From the NCBI GenBank assembly GCA_043738965.1, contig JAYUEZ010000052.1, positions 1-48,470 on the forward strand: a stretch of 48,470 nucleotides of DNA, given 5' to 3'. The notes below the pieces were generated by a model that was given only the letters and a program-made list of their open reading frames with translations, searched no databases and was not told the DNA's origin. Source of the stretch: Gammaproteobacteria bacterium. GTDB taxonomy: Bacteria > Pseudomonadota > Gammaproteobacteria > Ga0077536. Positions 1 to 10,181 of this stretch are shown piece after piece (the stretch's first letter is position 1; every line of letters starts with the position of its first letter). Made by a program: the position numbers and the translations under genes.

Positions 1-2123
1 GCGTCGGTCGCGGCCGGCGTCACTGCCCGCACGGTGCGCACGAATTCGCGCATCGCGTCATTGTCATTGAGGTCGGCCTTGGGAAATACCTGAATTCGCG
101 CTTGACCGTTGGGCGCGAGAAATTGCTTGGTGATCTCTGCTGGTAGCGTCGCCTGTGTGATTTCTTCCGCCTCGAGTAGGCGGCGGAGTTTGATGAGCGT
201 CGGGACTAAGTCACCGAGCAGTTGGCTGCGGAGTGTCGGCAACGTGGTGCCCGGCCAACCAGGGTGCGCACTGATTCGATCGAGCGATTGCGTTAGTCGA
301 CGCACGCTTGCTGTCCACGCCGCGGTTTGTTCACCGGGGAGTGTTGTGCCGAGCGCGGCGCGGAATTCGCGTACCGCGCGAGCCTCGTCGTCAGCGTTTG
401 GTGGTGGCGCGGTAGTCGGCTCCAACACACCCGTCAGTGCGAGTTTGAGACCGTCCAGGATCTCTAGTTTCTCGGCTTGCGCGCTAGGCACAAAGCTCGT
501 CAAAGTCACGGTCTTGTCGACGGTTGGCAAGGCCGCGAGTTTGTTCGCTAGCGCATCGGCCGCGGGTGGCGAATCGGCGAGTGTTTCGATGGTATAGGGC
601 GCGTTAGCGGGATCGCGCGCCAAGTCGCGAAAGGCGGTGACACCAGGCGTGTGCGGATCTTTTAAGTTCAATGGATTCAGATCGAATCGAGCGCGCGGCG
701 CGACAACGAGGCACCCGGTGACCACAACTCCGGTGATCATCAACACCAATCGATGATGTCGATAAATCCAAGTGCCACTTTGATTACTTGCGGTGTGCCA
801 CCGCGCACGCGCATGTGGCGCCTTGAAGCGGCTCAAGAGCGCCGGTAACAAGGTGATGTTCACCAGCCACGCGAGCACCATACTCGAACCCGAAATAAGT
901 CCGAGTTGAGCCAGCCCACGGTAACTGGTCGGCACAAAAGCGAGAAAACTGATGGCTGCTCCCACCGCGGCCAACGACAGCGCTCCGCCTGCTTCGCGTG
1001 CGGCCGTGGTTAGAGCCGTCGTGCGCTCGGTGCCGCGATCCGCTTCTTCTAGGTAGCGCATTGAGTACTGGATCCCAAAATCGACCCCCATGCCGATAAA
1101 CAGCACTGCAAAGCACACCGAAATGATATTCAACGCGCCAACGCAAAAAGTCGCGAACGCCGCAGTCCATACCAAGCCAACCGCGAGCGTGATGAGCACG
1201 GACAAAACTAAAACGGGCGAGCGCAAACCAGCCACCAACACGAGGGCAACGAGGCCAAAGGACAGCGCAGTGGTGAGTTTGGCATCCTCGGCGACCGTCA
1301 CGAGTTCCTCGCTATCCATGACGTCGGCGCCGGTGAGTCGAATGCGCGTTCGAGGATGACTTTGCGCCATCTTGCCGACGACCTCGCGCAACGCATCGAG
1401 CGCGCGACCCACCGGTTGCACCTCGTTCGGATCGAGCGTGGCTTCCAATGCCACAAACGAGCGTTGAGGTGTGCCGGGATGCGCTTTGGTTTCGAACAAT
1501 TCATCGCGCCAATGAATCGGCTCTGGGTGATTGGCGAGAAGCTGTTCGACGGCGGTGCTCACGCGATCAAACAGGCGGGATAAGAGTCTTTGTTGTTCAG
1601 CGTTCGGCGTGTTGTTTAGGCCCCGCGTTAGAGTCGTGAATAAACCGCGCAGACTCGGATCGTGGGCCAGCGTGCCTAAGAAGGGCTCGGCGGCTTGCAA
1701 ACGCTCATCCAGCGCCCACAACTCGTCGGTCGAGAGATACAACAGGCCATGCGTCGCAAAGAATTCTCCGCCGCCAGGTTGGGATACCGAGCGCGCGATA
1801 TCGGGTCGCGCGCGGAGTGTTGTGGCCAGGAGATCCGCGACATCCTCTGCCTCGCCGGCATGTTCGGCTTCGGTAAAGATCACGATCCCGCCAGTGAGAT
1901 TCGGAAACGCGGCATGGAAGGCGCGCTGTGCTTGGCGGTGCGGAAGGTTGGGGTCGATCATTTTGGACGTATCGGTATCGATACCGAGGTGCGCGACGAC
2001 GTAGTACAAGGCACCGATGGTGATGAATGCGCACGCGATCACCGTGATCCAAGCATGACGCGTGGCGGTGGCGACGATGGCCGCGGTCAAGCGGCCGGGC
2101 AGGGTACGGAGCGAATCGCGCAT
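1..2123 (-). CDS. hpnN: Hopanoid-associated RND/MMPL transporter HpnN, N-terminal ~707 codons; the C-terminus runs off the left edge of the window
   Basis: This gene is not in the ORF track because no stop lies inside the window. My manual translation from the ATG at 2123 gives MRDSLRTLPGRLTAAIVATATRHAWITVIACAFITIGALYYVVAHLGIDTDTSKMIDPNLP...SQPGGGEFFATHGLLYLSTDELW...LAHDPSLRGLF, the N-terminal pattern I recall for HpnN. A spot check of the same frame at bases 1-60 found no stop (...DAMREFVRTVRAVTPAATD), and the track lists no competing ORF in that frame. It lies next to hpnJ/hpnI. Confidence 0.8.
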   Translation of the reverse strand, partial: MRDSLRTLPGRLTAAIVATATRHAWITVIACAFITIGALYYVVAHLGIDTDTSKMIDPNLPHRQAQRAFHAAFPNLTGGIVIFTEAEHAGEAEDVADLLATTLRARPDIARSVSQPGGGEFFATHGLLYLSTDELWALDERLQAAEPFLGTLAHDPSLRGLFTTLTRGLNNTPNAEQQRLLSRLFDRVSTAVEQLLANHPEPIHWRDELFETKAHPGTPQRSFVALEATLDPNEVQPVGRALDALREVVGKMAQSHPRTRIRLTGADVMDSEELVTVAEDAKLTTALSFGLVALVLVAGLRSPVLVLSVLITLAVGLVWTAAFATFCVGALNIISVCFAVLFIGMGVDFGIQYSMRYLEEADRGTERTTALTTAAREAGGALSLAAVGAAISFLAFVPTSYRGLAQLGLISGSSMVLAWLVNITLLPALLSRFKAPHARARWHTASNQSGTWIYRHHRLVLMITGVVVTGCLVVAPRARFDLNPLNLKDPHTPGVTAFRDLARDPANAPYTIETLADSPPAADALANKLAALPTVDKTVTLTSFVPSAQAEKLEILDGLKLALTGVLEPTTAPPPNADDEARAVREFRAALGTTLPGEQTAAWTASVRRLTQSLDRISAHPGWPGTTLPTLRSQLLGDLVPTLIKLRRLLEAEEITQATLPAEITKQFLAPNGQARIQVFPKADLNDNDAMREFVRTVRAVTPAATD

Positions 2124-2265
2124 TAAGGATAGTTAGAGGTAAGGGCTGGTAGCGATAGTGATGGCGCCAGCGGGCGCGGCACAGGATACGCAAATCTGGC
2201 GGCGATTTCAGCTTTCTCGCGCCGTGCTTTCATCATGCGCGCGGTCTCGCTAGTCTAGTCGACTT

Positions 2266-3141
2266 ATGACGTCGTCCTTAAACGTTTCTGTTCGCGATGA
2301 CCGCTTGTTCGGCGTGTGCATGTTAGCGACCGATCGTTCAATTGCCCCGACCGCACTCGCGCGCGCGGTCGAAGAACGCGGCCTCGATATGTTGTTCCTG
2401 CCCGAAAACAGTCATATCCCGCTCAATCGCAACCAAGAGTGGCCGCATGCGGAGGCGTTGCTCGATCCGTTGTCGCGACTCTACGATCCCTTTGTCGCGT
2501 TGGCCGCCGCTGCCGCGGTCACCGAACGCCTACTGCTGGGGTTTGCGGTGTGCCTGATGACGCATCGCGATCCGATCAACACCGCGAAAGCGGTTGCGTC
2601 GCTCGATCATCTGTCGGGGGGTCGAGTCATTCTTGGCGTCGCCGGTGGTGCGCTCGACGAGGCGATGCGCAATCACGGTGCGCCATTCAAGCAGCGCTGG
2701 CAGATTGTGCGCGACCGTACGTTGGCGATGAAAGCGATCTGGCGCGACGATGTCGCCGAGTATCACGGCGAGTTCGTTGATTTCGCGCCGATGTGGTCGT
2801 TCCCGAAACCGATCCAAGCTGGTGGCCCGCCGATTTGGATCGGGTCCAATTCCAAATGGGTACCGGGTCGGGTAGCCGATTATGCCGATGGCTGGATGGT
2901 CTATAACGGTCGTTACGTTGGCGACGCCGTACACGATCTTGCCATGGCGTGCGAAAAGCGTGGCCGTAATGCGGCCGAAGTGACGTTGGCGCTGATGGAC
3001 GCGCCGTGGGATGTTGGTGAAGCGAGCGGATTTCTCGAACAGGGCTTTTCCAAGCTGATTTTCTTAGTACCGCCCGACAGCCGCAACGTGGAAGCAGCGC
3101 TTGATCGGATCGCCGCCGTAGCTGAACGTTTGCGGACGTAA
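2266..3141 (+). CDS. LLM-class (luciferase-like) flavin/F420-dependent oxidoreductase
   Basis: The 291 aa ORF carries LDPFVALAAAAAVTERLLLG, RDPINTAKAVASLDHLSGGRVILGVAGG, AEYHGEFVDF and YADGWM. These resemble the Rv2161c-type LLM family as I recall it. Confidence 0.75.
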   Translation: MTSSLNVSVRDDRLFGVCMLATDRSIAPTALARAVEERGLDMLFLPENSHIPLNRNQEWPHAEALLDPLSRLYDPFVALAAAAAVTERLLLGFAVCLMTHRDPINTAKAVASLDHLSGGRVILGVAGGALDEAMRNHGAPFKQRWQIVRDRTLAMKAIWRDDVAEYHGEFVDFAPMWSFPKPIQAGGPPIWIGSNSKWVPGRVADYADGWMVYNGRYVGDAVHDLAMACEKRGRNAAEVTLALMDAPWDVGEASGFLEQGFSKLIFLVPPDSRNVEAALDRIAAVAERLRT

Positions 3142-3212
3142 TCGATACTTTTTTTGAAAAAGATCTGGTGCGAGATACTCGACCGAGTGTCCCGCACTAG
3201 ATCACGCTAAAC

Positions 3213-4637
3213 TTAAGCCCCATCGACCCGCTGGCGCAGGAACTGAAAGAATTCCACGCCCTCGCGTAAACGGCGTTTGGTCAGTTCCCAACTCTGCAGC
3301 ATTTCCCACGTGATTTCGCCAATTTTTCGCGGTCTGAAATAGAACCGCTTATAAAACGTAGCGAGCGCGCCAAAGATTTCCTCATGCGAGAGGTGGGGAT
3401 ATTCCAGCGAACTGATCTGCAGACCGTTGTTGGCGACAATCTGGCTACTGTCGCGCTTCAACCAGCCGTTCTCAAGCGCTTGCGAATACAGCGCGGTTCC
3501 CGGGTACGCCGCGGCCAGTGAAACCTGAATCGTGTGCGGGTTGATGTCCTGCGCGAAGCGAATGGTTTCTTCAATGGTGTCGCGGGTTTCACCGGGCAGG
3601 CCGACGATGAAGGTGCCGTGGATCTTGATCCCAAGCTTATGGCAATCGGCTGTGAACCGCCGTGCGAAATCAACGCGCATTCCTTTCTTGATGTTAAACA
3701 GGATCTGTTGGTTGCCTGTTTCGTAGCCTACGAGCAGCAGACGCAGGCCGTTGTCCTTGAGGACCTTTAGTGTTTCGTACGGCACATTCGCCTTGGCATT
3801 GCACGACCATGTAACGCCGAGTTTGCCGAGTAATTTGGCGGTGGCTTCGGCGCGCGGTAGATCATCGGTGAAGGTGTCGTCATCGAAGAAAATTTCTTTC
3901 ACTTGCGGGAAGTAGTTCTTGACCTTCGCAACTTCAGCGGCGACCACTTCAGGGCTCCGAGTTCGATACTTGTGTCCGCCAATGGTTTGCGGCCACAGGC
4001 AAAACGTGCAGCGCGATTTACATCCGCGGCCTGTATAAAACGAAACGTAGGGATGTTCCAGGTAGCCGATGAAATAATCTTCGATGACGAGATCACGTTT
4101 GTAGACATCGATGACCGACGGGAGGTCATCCATGTTCATGATGAGTGGCCGCTCGCTGTTCCGCACGGCGGCGCCGTCTTTCTGATACGTGATCCCGCGC
4201 ACTTCCGCCAATGGTTTGCCTTCGGCGATTTCCTTGATGGTGTAATCGAACTCACTCCCGGCGACAAAATCGAGCGCGCGCGAGGCGAGTACGCTGCGCT
4301 CCGGATCGATCGCGACGTGCGCGCCGACCATGCCGATCATGAGCTTCGGGTTAGCGGCTTTCATTGCCTCGGCAATTTTCACATCGTTGCTGAAAGAGGG
4401 CGTACTCGTGTGCAGCACGGCCAATTCGAAATCGCGTCCAGCAGTCGTTACATCGTCAACCCCGAGACCACGGGCTGGGGCATCGATCAAGCGACTGCCT
4501 TCGACTAACGCGGCGGGTTGCGCCAACCAGGTGGGGTACCAAAATGAACGGATTTCGCGGCGCGCTTGGTAGCGGGATCCGGCGCCACCATCGAAGCCAT
4601 CGAAGGACGGTGGATTTAGAAATAATGTCTTCATCAT
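3213..4637 (-). CDS. hpnJ: Hopanoid biosynthesis-associated radical SAM protein HpnJ (B12-binding/radical SAM)
   Basis: The 474 aa ORF has the N-terminus MKTLFLNPPSFDGFDGGAGSRYQARREIRSFWYPTWLA and a radical SAM cysteine motif in GRGCKSRCTFCLWPQ. Its ATG overlaps the hpnI stop by 4 nt (ATGA). Confidence 0.85.
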   Translation of the reverse strand: MMKTLFLNPPSFDGFDGGAGSRYQARREIRSFWYPTWLAQPAALVEGSRLIDAPARGLGVDDVTTAGRDFELAVLHTSTPSFSNDVKIAEAMKAANPKLMIGMVGAHVAIDPERSVLASRALDFVAGSEFDYTIKEIAEGKPLAEVRGITYQKDGAAVRNSERPLIMNMDDLPSVIDVYKRDLVIEDYFIGYLEHPYVSFYTGRGCKSRCTFCLWPQTIGGHKYRTRSPEVVAAEVAKVKNYFPQVKEIFFDDDTFTDDLPRAEATAKLLGKLGVTWSCNAKANVPYETLKVLKDNGLRLLLVGYETGNQQILFNIKKGMRVDFARRFTADCHKLGIKIHGTFIVGLPGETRDTIEETIRFAQDINPHTIQVSLAAAYPGTALYSQALENGWLKRDSSQIVANNGLQISSLEYPHLSHEEIFGALATFYKRFYFRPRKIGEITWEMLQSWELTKRRLREGVEFFQFLRQRVDGA

Positions 4638-5809
4638 CGCGAGGTAATCTCCTTCAATTCCAGCTGGCCGTGGCGATCGACCCTAAATGAATGACCACGC
4701 CATTCGACGTCTCGGCTGACAAAGCTTGTCGCCCAGACGCCGAAGCAAAGTAAATCGCGCACCACGGCGAGACCATAGAGCGCCGGAGAATGAGTGGCTG
4801 TCGCCGGATCAACCGAGAGCCGCGCCACGTCGTGCATGAGAACGCGCAAGCCTATCGCGAATGTGACCGCACTCAAGCCGATAATTGGATTCCCCGCGGC
4901 GACCGCTAATCCAAGTGCCGCGGGAACGACATACGTCAGGAAGGATAGTGTGTAGCCCAGCGGCTGCACTGAACGCACGGTGCGTGCCCAGCGCAGTTCA
5001 TGCGCTAGCAAACTGCGTAAGTTGGGTTCGTAGACAACGTTTTCGACCAAGTACGGAACAAGCGCGACTTCGTGACCGTGTTCAGCGACTAAATTACCCA
5101 GCATGTAATCGTCCGCGAGTTCGTTGGCGAGTCGTTCAAGCCCGCCGATCTCTTCCAGTACCGCGCGTCTAATGCCCATGGTCGCGCCGAAGCAGAAGCG
5201 AATTTTTTGAAATTTCAGTGCAACCAACACCGACGGCATGAACCACTCGTTGATAAACGTGGCGCCGAGAACTGACGATACGCCGCCGGCCGCTTTCCCT
5301 TTATACAAGCAAGTCACGGCACCGACATTTTGTTTTTCGAAACCGGCGGCGAGGTGGCGTAAATAATCCGCGCCGACTCGCATGTCACTGTCCGCGATTA
5401 CGAGTAAATCGTGTTTAGCGAGCTTGAGGCAATTCCACACATTCGAAATTTTGCGATTTGAACCGATTTGGAGACCGCTGACGGTGATGCTTAAATCGCG
5501 TTCCGGGAGATCAGCAAGTAATTGATGAATAACCTGGAGCGCTGCGTCATTGGGGTCGGCGACGCCAAAGACAATTTGGAAATTCGGGTAATCCTGTTCG
5601 CAGAACGAGCGCAAGTTCTGATAAAGATTGGCGTCGAGCCCGTACACGGGCTTGAGAACGCTTATTGGCGGGAGCGGCGTGGTTCGCAAATTTCCCTCGC
5701 GCCGCTGCTTCAGCATGCACCCAATCGCAAGAAGCACATACGCGCTCGCGGCAGCAAAATACACTGCGAAAAATATCGACATTAGGGCACCATTAAAGAC
5801 CAAGCGCAT
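4634..5809 (-). CDS. hpnI: Hopanoid biosynthesis-associated glycosyltransferase HpnI (GT2 family)
   Basis: The 391 aa ORF has an N-terminal TM segment, then VSVLKPVYGLD...QDYPNFQIVFGVADPND and a DSD motif (VIADSDMRV), followed by C-terminal TM segments. It is translationally coupled to hpnJ. Confidence 0.8.
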   Translation of the reverse strand: MRLVFNGALMSIFFAVYFAAASAYVLLAIGCMLKQRREGNLRTTPLPPISVLKPVYGLDANLYQNLRSFCEQDYPNFQIVFGVADPNDAALQVIHQLLADLPERDLSITVSGLQIGSNRKISNVWNCLKLAKHDLLVIADSDMRVGADYLRHLAAGFEKQNVGAVTCLYKGKAAGGVSSVLGATFINEWFMPSVLVALKFQKIRFCFGATMGIRRAVLEEIGGLERLANELADDYMLGNLVAEHGHEVALVPYLVENVVYEPNLRSLLAHELRWARTVRSVQPLGYTLSFLTYVVPAALGLAVAAGNPIIGLSAVTFAIGLRVLMHDVARLSVDPATATHSPALYGLAVVRDLLCFGVWATSFVSRDVEWRGHSFRVDRHGQLELKEITSR

Positions 5810-6057
5810 CCATCGAGCGCCACGCGTGCGGCAACGCGGACACTTCCCCAGGCACGTAAAGCCACTAGATCGAAACCAAGGGAGAACGGCATTACCACGA
5901 AAATTAGAAGCGCCGACGCGTAATTATGTTACAGGACAGGCGCGTAACCAAGCTTTGAGCGTCCTCAGCAGCGAAGGGCGAGCCTTCAATGCGATTTGTC
6001 TGAACGCGGGCTTAATGGGCAGCCGGGTGCCGTTCACCCTGCTGCAACCGGCCGTTC

Positions 6058-6077
6058 GCCGAATTTTCGGCCTTTTT
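6058..6077 (+). terminator. Terminator-like hairpin with a T5 tract and no upstream gene on the same strand
   Basis: The stem is GCCGAA..TTCGGC at 6058-6071, followed by C and TTTTT (6073-6077). An alternative outer stem is GGCCG/CGGCC (6050-6054 and 6068-6072). The stem is short, so the call is weak. Confidence 0.25.
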
Positions 6078-6143
6078 CCCTTGGCAGCAGACACGGCGCC
6101 GCCTACAACTGTCTATGATCTAGACTCACAGGATCGCAATCAT

Positions 6144-6482
6144 ATGCCGGTTTATGACTATTTTTGTGCCGCCAACGGCCAGACGGTTGCGGTGAAACAT
6201 GGGCTTGACGTTGAGTTAAGCACCTGGGGCGAGGTGTGTTACGCCGCGCAACATCCGCTGGGTGATACCGAGTTTTTAGCCCCAGTGGGCCGCGTGATCT
6301 CGGCACCCGCGTTGGCGTTCCCAGCCGGGAACTCGAAACTAAAGGAACTGGGCTTAACGAAACTCGTAAAACGTGACGATGGCGTATATGAAAACGTGAC
6401 GCGACAGGGCGACGAACATCGTTATATGCAACGAGGAAATGCCGATAGCCTACCGCATCTACATAAAAAAATTTCCGACTAA
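6144..6482 (+). CDS. FmdB-family zinc-ribbon-like small protein (cysteine-depleted variant)
   Basis: The internal ATG at 6144 of ORF 5628..6482 gives MPVYDYFCAANGQ..., matching the MPxYxYxC family N-terminus. The upstream 172 codons of the tracked ORF cover the hpnI promoter region and look non-coding. Confidence 0.55.
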   Translation: MPVYDYFCAANGQTVAVKHGLDVELSTWGEVCYAAQHPLGDTEFLAPVGRVISAPALAFPAGNSKLKELGLTKLVKRDDGVYENVTRQGDEHRYMQRGNADSLPHLHKKISD

Positions 6483-6489
6483 TGCAATG

Positions 6490-7143
6490 CTAATTCAGCG
6501 CGCGGATCCGGCTAATTTTTTGATTCTGAGATAAGCGATAAAAGGCGCGCAATTCGCGTAGAAAGCTCGGTTGCCAATGATGCGCTGGGAAGCGCCGGCG
6601 CAAATCCGCACAGTACTTGGCGGCGAAGTAATTTGCCTCGTGATAGCGAGTTCGCGCCTCGGTGGATAGGGCGGTATCGAAACTCACGTGTTCAAACAGG
6701 ACTTCATGTAACTTGGCTGGGATCGCGTTCGCCGTATGCCGGCCTAGGATTCGCGCGCAGGCGACGTACTTATCGACCTCCGCTTGCAATTCAATCTCGA
6801 ACAACGACACCGCGGTGTCATGGGTCGCGTTCCATATTAAGTAATGGAGATGGCTGACGCCTTCAAATGCAATTAAAAATTCAGCTAAGTTCCCCGCATG
6901 CAACGATTGCGTTGGGTCGTCGAGCCCTAAATGATTTAGCACGGTCTCATCGATATATAGCGACAGCAACACGTCGTCGGTGCTCGAACTGACGAGCACG
7001 CGCTCCAGATTTTGACTAGGCGCCGACTCTGGGGTGAGAGTCGCGGCAAGCGTCCGATCCGTGATCAAGTAGTCATAGACATCATAGCCAAGGGGCGTGG
7101 CGTAAACGGCCGCGAGTTCAGCCTGCATGCGTCGTAGGAGCAT
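6490..7143 (-). CDS. Conserved hypothetical protein
   Basis: This is a 217 aa ORF with no competing ORF, 6 nt downstream of the preceding gene on the same strand. I recognise no domain. Confidence 0.6.
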   Translation of the reverse strand: MLLRRMQAELAAVYATPLGYDVYDYLITDRTLAATLTPESAPSQNLERVLVSSSTDDVLLSLYIDETVLNHLGLDDPTQSLHAGNLAEFLIAFEGVSHLHYLIWNATHDTAVSLFEIELQAEVDKYVACARILGRHTANAIPAKLHEVLFEHVSFDTALSTEARTRYHEANYFAAKYCADLRRRFPAHHWQPSFLRELRAFYRLSQNQKISRIRALN

Positions 7144-7149
7144 AAACCC

Positions 7150-7779
7150 TCAGTGGCGAGCCAGGCTCGTCATTTGTCGGCTCGGAAATACGCCACGGCT
7201 ATGTAAATTGCCGAGCGCACGTTTACTCCCCGTGCGCAGCCAAATTTCGAAATCACGTAGCGTGTCGCCGCGAGAGCCTAAATGCGATTCATCTGCGACT
7301 TCGCCCAGGACATCAACTACCGCAGAAAATTTTCGCGCCAATTCGCCAAAAGGGGTGGCGTATGGAAAGTTGGTGACATAGGTAGCAAGCGCTGCGTTTA
7401 AATCGCGATAAGCAGCGCCACCCATCGCGATGTAATAGTCGACGTCAACGACTTTTCGCGCCAAGCTTCGCGAAAACATACCGGCGATAAACAAGGCAAT
7501 ATCCCCGAGGCGTTTCAATGCCACTTTCCGTTGCTGAGGCCCGTCGGCATACACCGCATCGGCAAATTGCATGGCGAGCGGCTTGATTTCGAGGCCATCG
7601 GCGCCGCGTGTGAAGAGTAGGGCTGGATCGGCGAACGACGACAATAATCGAACAAGGTAATCCGCGGTGCCGATACCTATCTCAAGCTCGCGATGCGCGA
7701 GGGCCGTCGTAAGTTGTCCGCGGAAATAATCTTCGACATTAAGCGTCGTGACCAGTGCGGGCGCATTCATCATAAGCAC
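7150..7779 (-). CDS. Conserved hypothetical protein
   Basis: This is a 209 aa ORF with coding-like composition, forming a tight pair with 6490..7143. I recognise no domain. Confidence 0.6.
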   Translation of the reverse strand: MLMMNAPALVTTLNVEDYFRGQLTTALAHRELEIGIGTADYLVRLLSSFADPALLFTRGADGLEIKPLAMQFADAVYADGPQQRKVALKRLGDIALFIAGMFSRSLARKVVDVDYYIAMGGAAYRDLNAALATYVTNFPYATPFGELARKFSAVVDVLGEVADESHLGSRGDTLRDFEIWLRTGSKRALGNLHSRGVFPSRQMTSLARH

Positions 7780-8028
7780 ACCTCGACTATCAGTTGGCCG
7801 GTCACTAATAGTATCGACGCGTGACCAGTTAGCTTGAAGCGCGTCCCTGAAAGTAAAGCATCTTTCATGCCGCCATGGGCGTTGATAAAAAGCAGGCGGT
7901 GATGAAAATCGATTAGCAGTCTATTGATTCGGCTGCCAACACCGTAACGCCGAGGCGCGGTTGACCAATTGCGTCGAAGTCGACGCCGAATGCATTCAAG
8001 CGTCGCCGTGCGGGTTAAATCGACACCC

Positions 8029-8057
8029 AAAAAGAAAGCCCCGCGGAGCGGGGCTTT
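8029..8057 (-). terminator. Rho-independent terminator of groESL
   Basis: The minus strand reads AAAGCCCCGC-TCC-GCGGGGCTTT followed by CTTTTT. It starts about 27 nt after the groEL stop. Confidence 0.8.
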
Positions 8058-8083
8058 CGAAGGAACGACGTAACGTATTAACG

Positions 8084-9733
<1,650 letters not shown>

Positions 9734-9757
9734 CTAAATTGATTCGTTGTGCCGGGA

Positions 9758-10048
9758 TTAGGCAAGGACGGCCATTAAGTCGTCTTCGCGCATAACCACG
9801 TATTCAACGCCGTCGACTTTCACTTCGGTTCCCGAGTACTTACCGAAGAGGACTTTTTCGCCGACTTTGACGTCGAGTGCGCGAACTTGTCCGTTCTCGA
9901 GTACTTTGCCGTTGCCGACGGCGATGACTTCTCCGCGCACCGGTTTTTCAGCGGCCGAATCGGGGATCACGATGCCACCGGGCGAGGTCTTGTCTTCTTC
10001 CAGGCGCTTAACCAGCACGCGATCATGTAAAGGACGGATCTTGAGCAT
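9758..10048 (-). CDS. groES: Co-chaperonin GroES (Cpn10)
   Basis: The 96 aa ORF begins [47 protein letters not shown]. An AGGAG RBS sits 8 nt upstream of the ATG. Confidence 0.97.
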   Translation of the reverse strand: MLKIRPLHDRVLVKRLEEDKTSPGGIVIPDSAAEKPVRGEVIAVGNGKVLENGQVRALDVKVGEKVLFGKYSGTEVKVDGVEYVVMREDDLMAVLA

Positions 10049-10108
10049 AGTAATTTCTCCTTTAAAGCTCCGTTAACTTATTGAATGCAGTACTCATAAA
10101 GAATTTTA

Positions 10109-10135
10109 TTAGCACTCTCTTGCGAGTAGTGCTAA
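10109..10135 (-). promoter_or_regulatory. CIRCE operator (HrcA-type inverted repeat) upstream of groES
   Basis: The plus strand reads TTAGCACTC-tcttgcgag-TAGTGCTAA. This has one mismatch to the consensus TTAGCACTC-N9-GAGTGCTAA and lies between the promoter and the groES RBS. Confidence 0.85.
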
Positions 10136-10163
10136 TGATATGGGCGCATCACCAAGAATTCAA
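10135..10163 (-). promoter_or_regulatory. groESL promoter, readable as sigma-70-like or sigma-32-like
   Basis: The minus strand reads GCCCTGG-TTGAAT-N17-TATCAT, a sigma-70-like arrangement. The same DNA also reads TTGAA-N14-CCCATAT, which resembles the heat-shock consensus CTTGAA-N13-15-CCCCATNT. The -10 element abuts the CIRCE. Confidence 0.5.
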
Positions 10164-10181
10164 CCAGGGCGACTGATCTAC

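Noticed and set aside
109-2193. Many 60-160 aa ORFs on both strands in the first 2.2 kb
   Set aside because: All of them lie inside or antisense to the edge-truncated hpnN reading frame, which the ORF track could not report. Their translations are Arg/Ser/Cys-rich noise.
3145-3165. An AT-rich imperfect palindrome (GATACTTTTTTTGAAAAAGATC) between the convergent LLM and hpnJ genes
   Set aside because: The stem is almost purely A:T (CTTTTT/AAAAAG), which is too weak for a canonical intrinsic terminator. It may still act bidirectionally, but that cannot be supported from sequence alone.
5628-6143. The 5' extension of ORF 5628..6482 (172 extra codons)
   Set aside because: The extension overlaps the hpnI 5' end on the opposite strand and its promoter region. 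It has a non-coding-like composition, and the recognisable FmdB-type N-terminus begins at the internal ATG at 6144.
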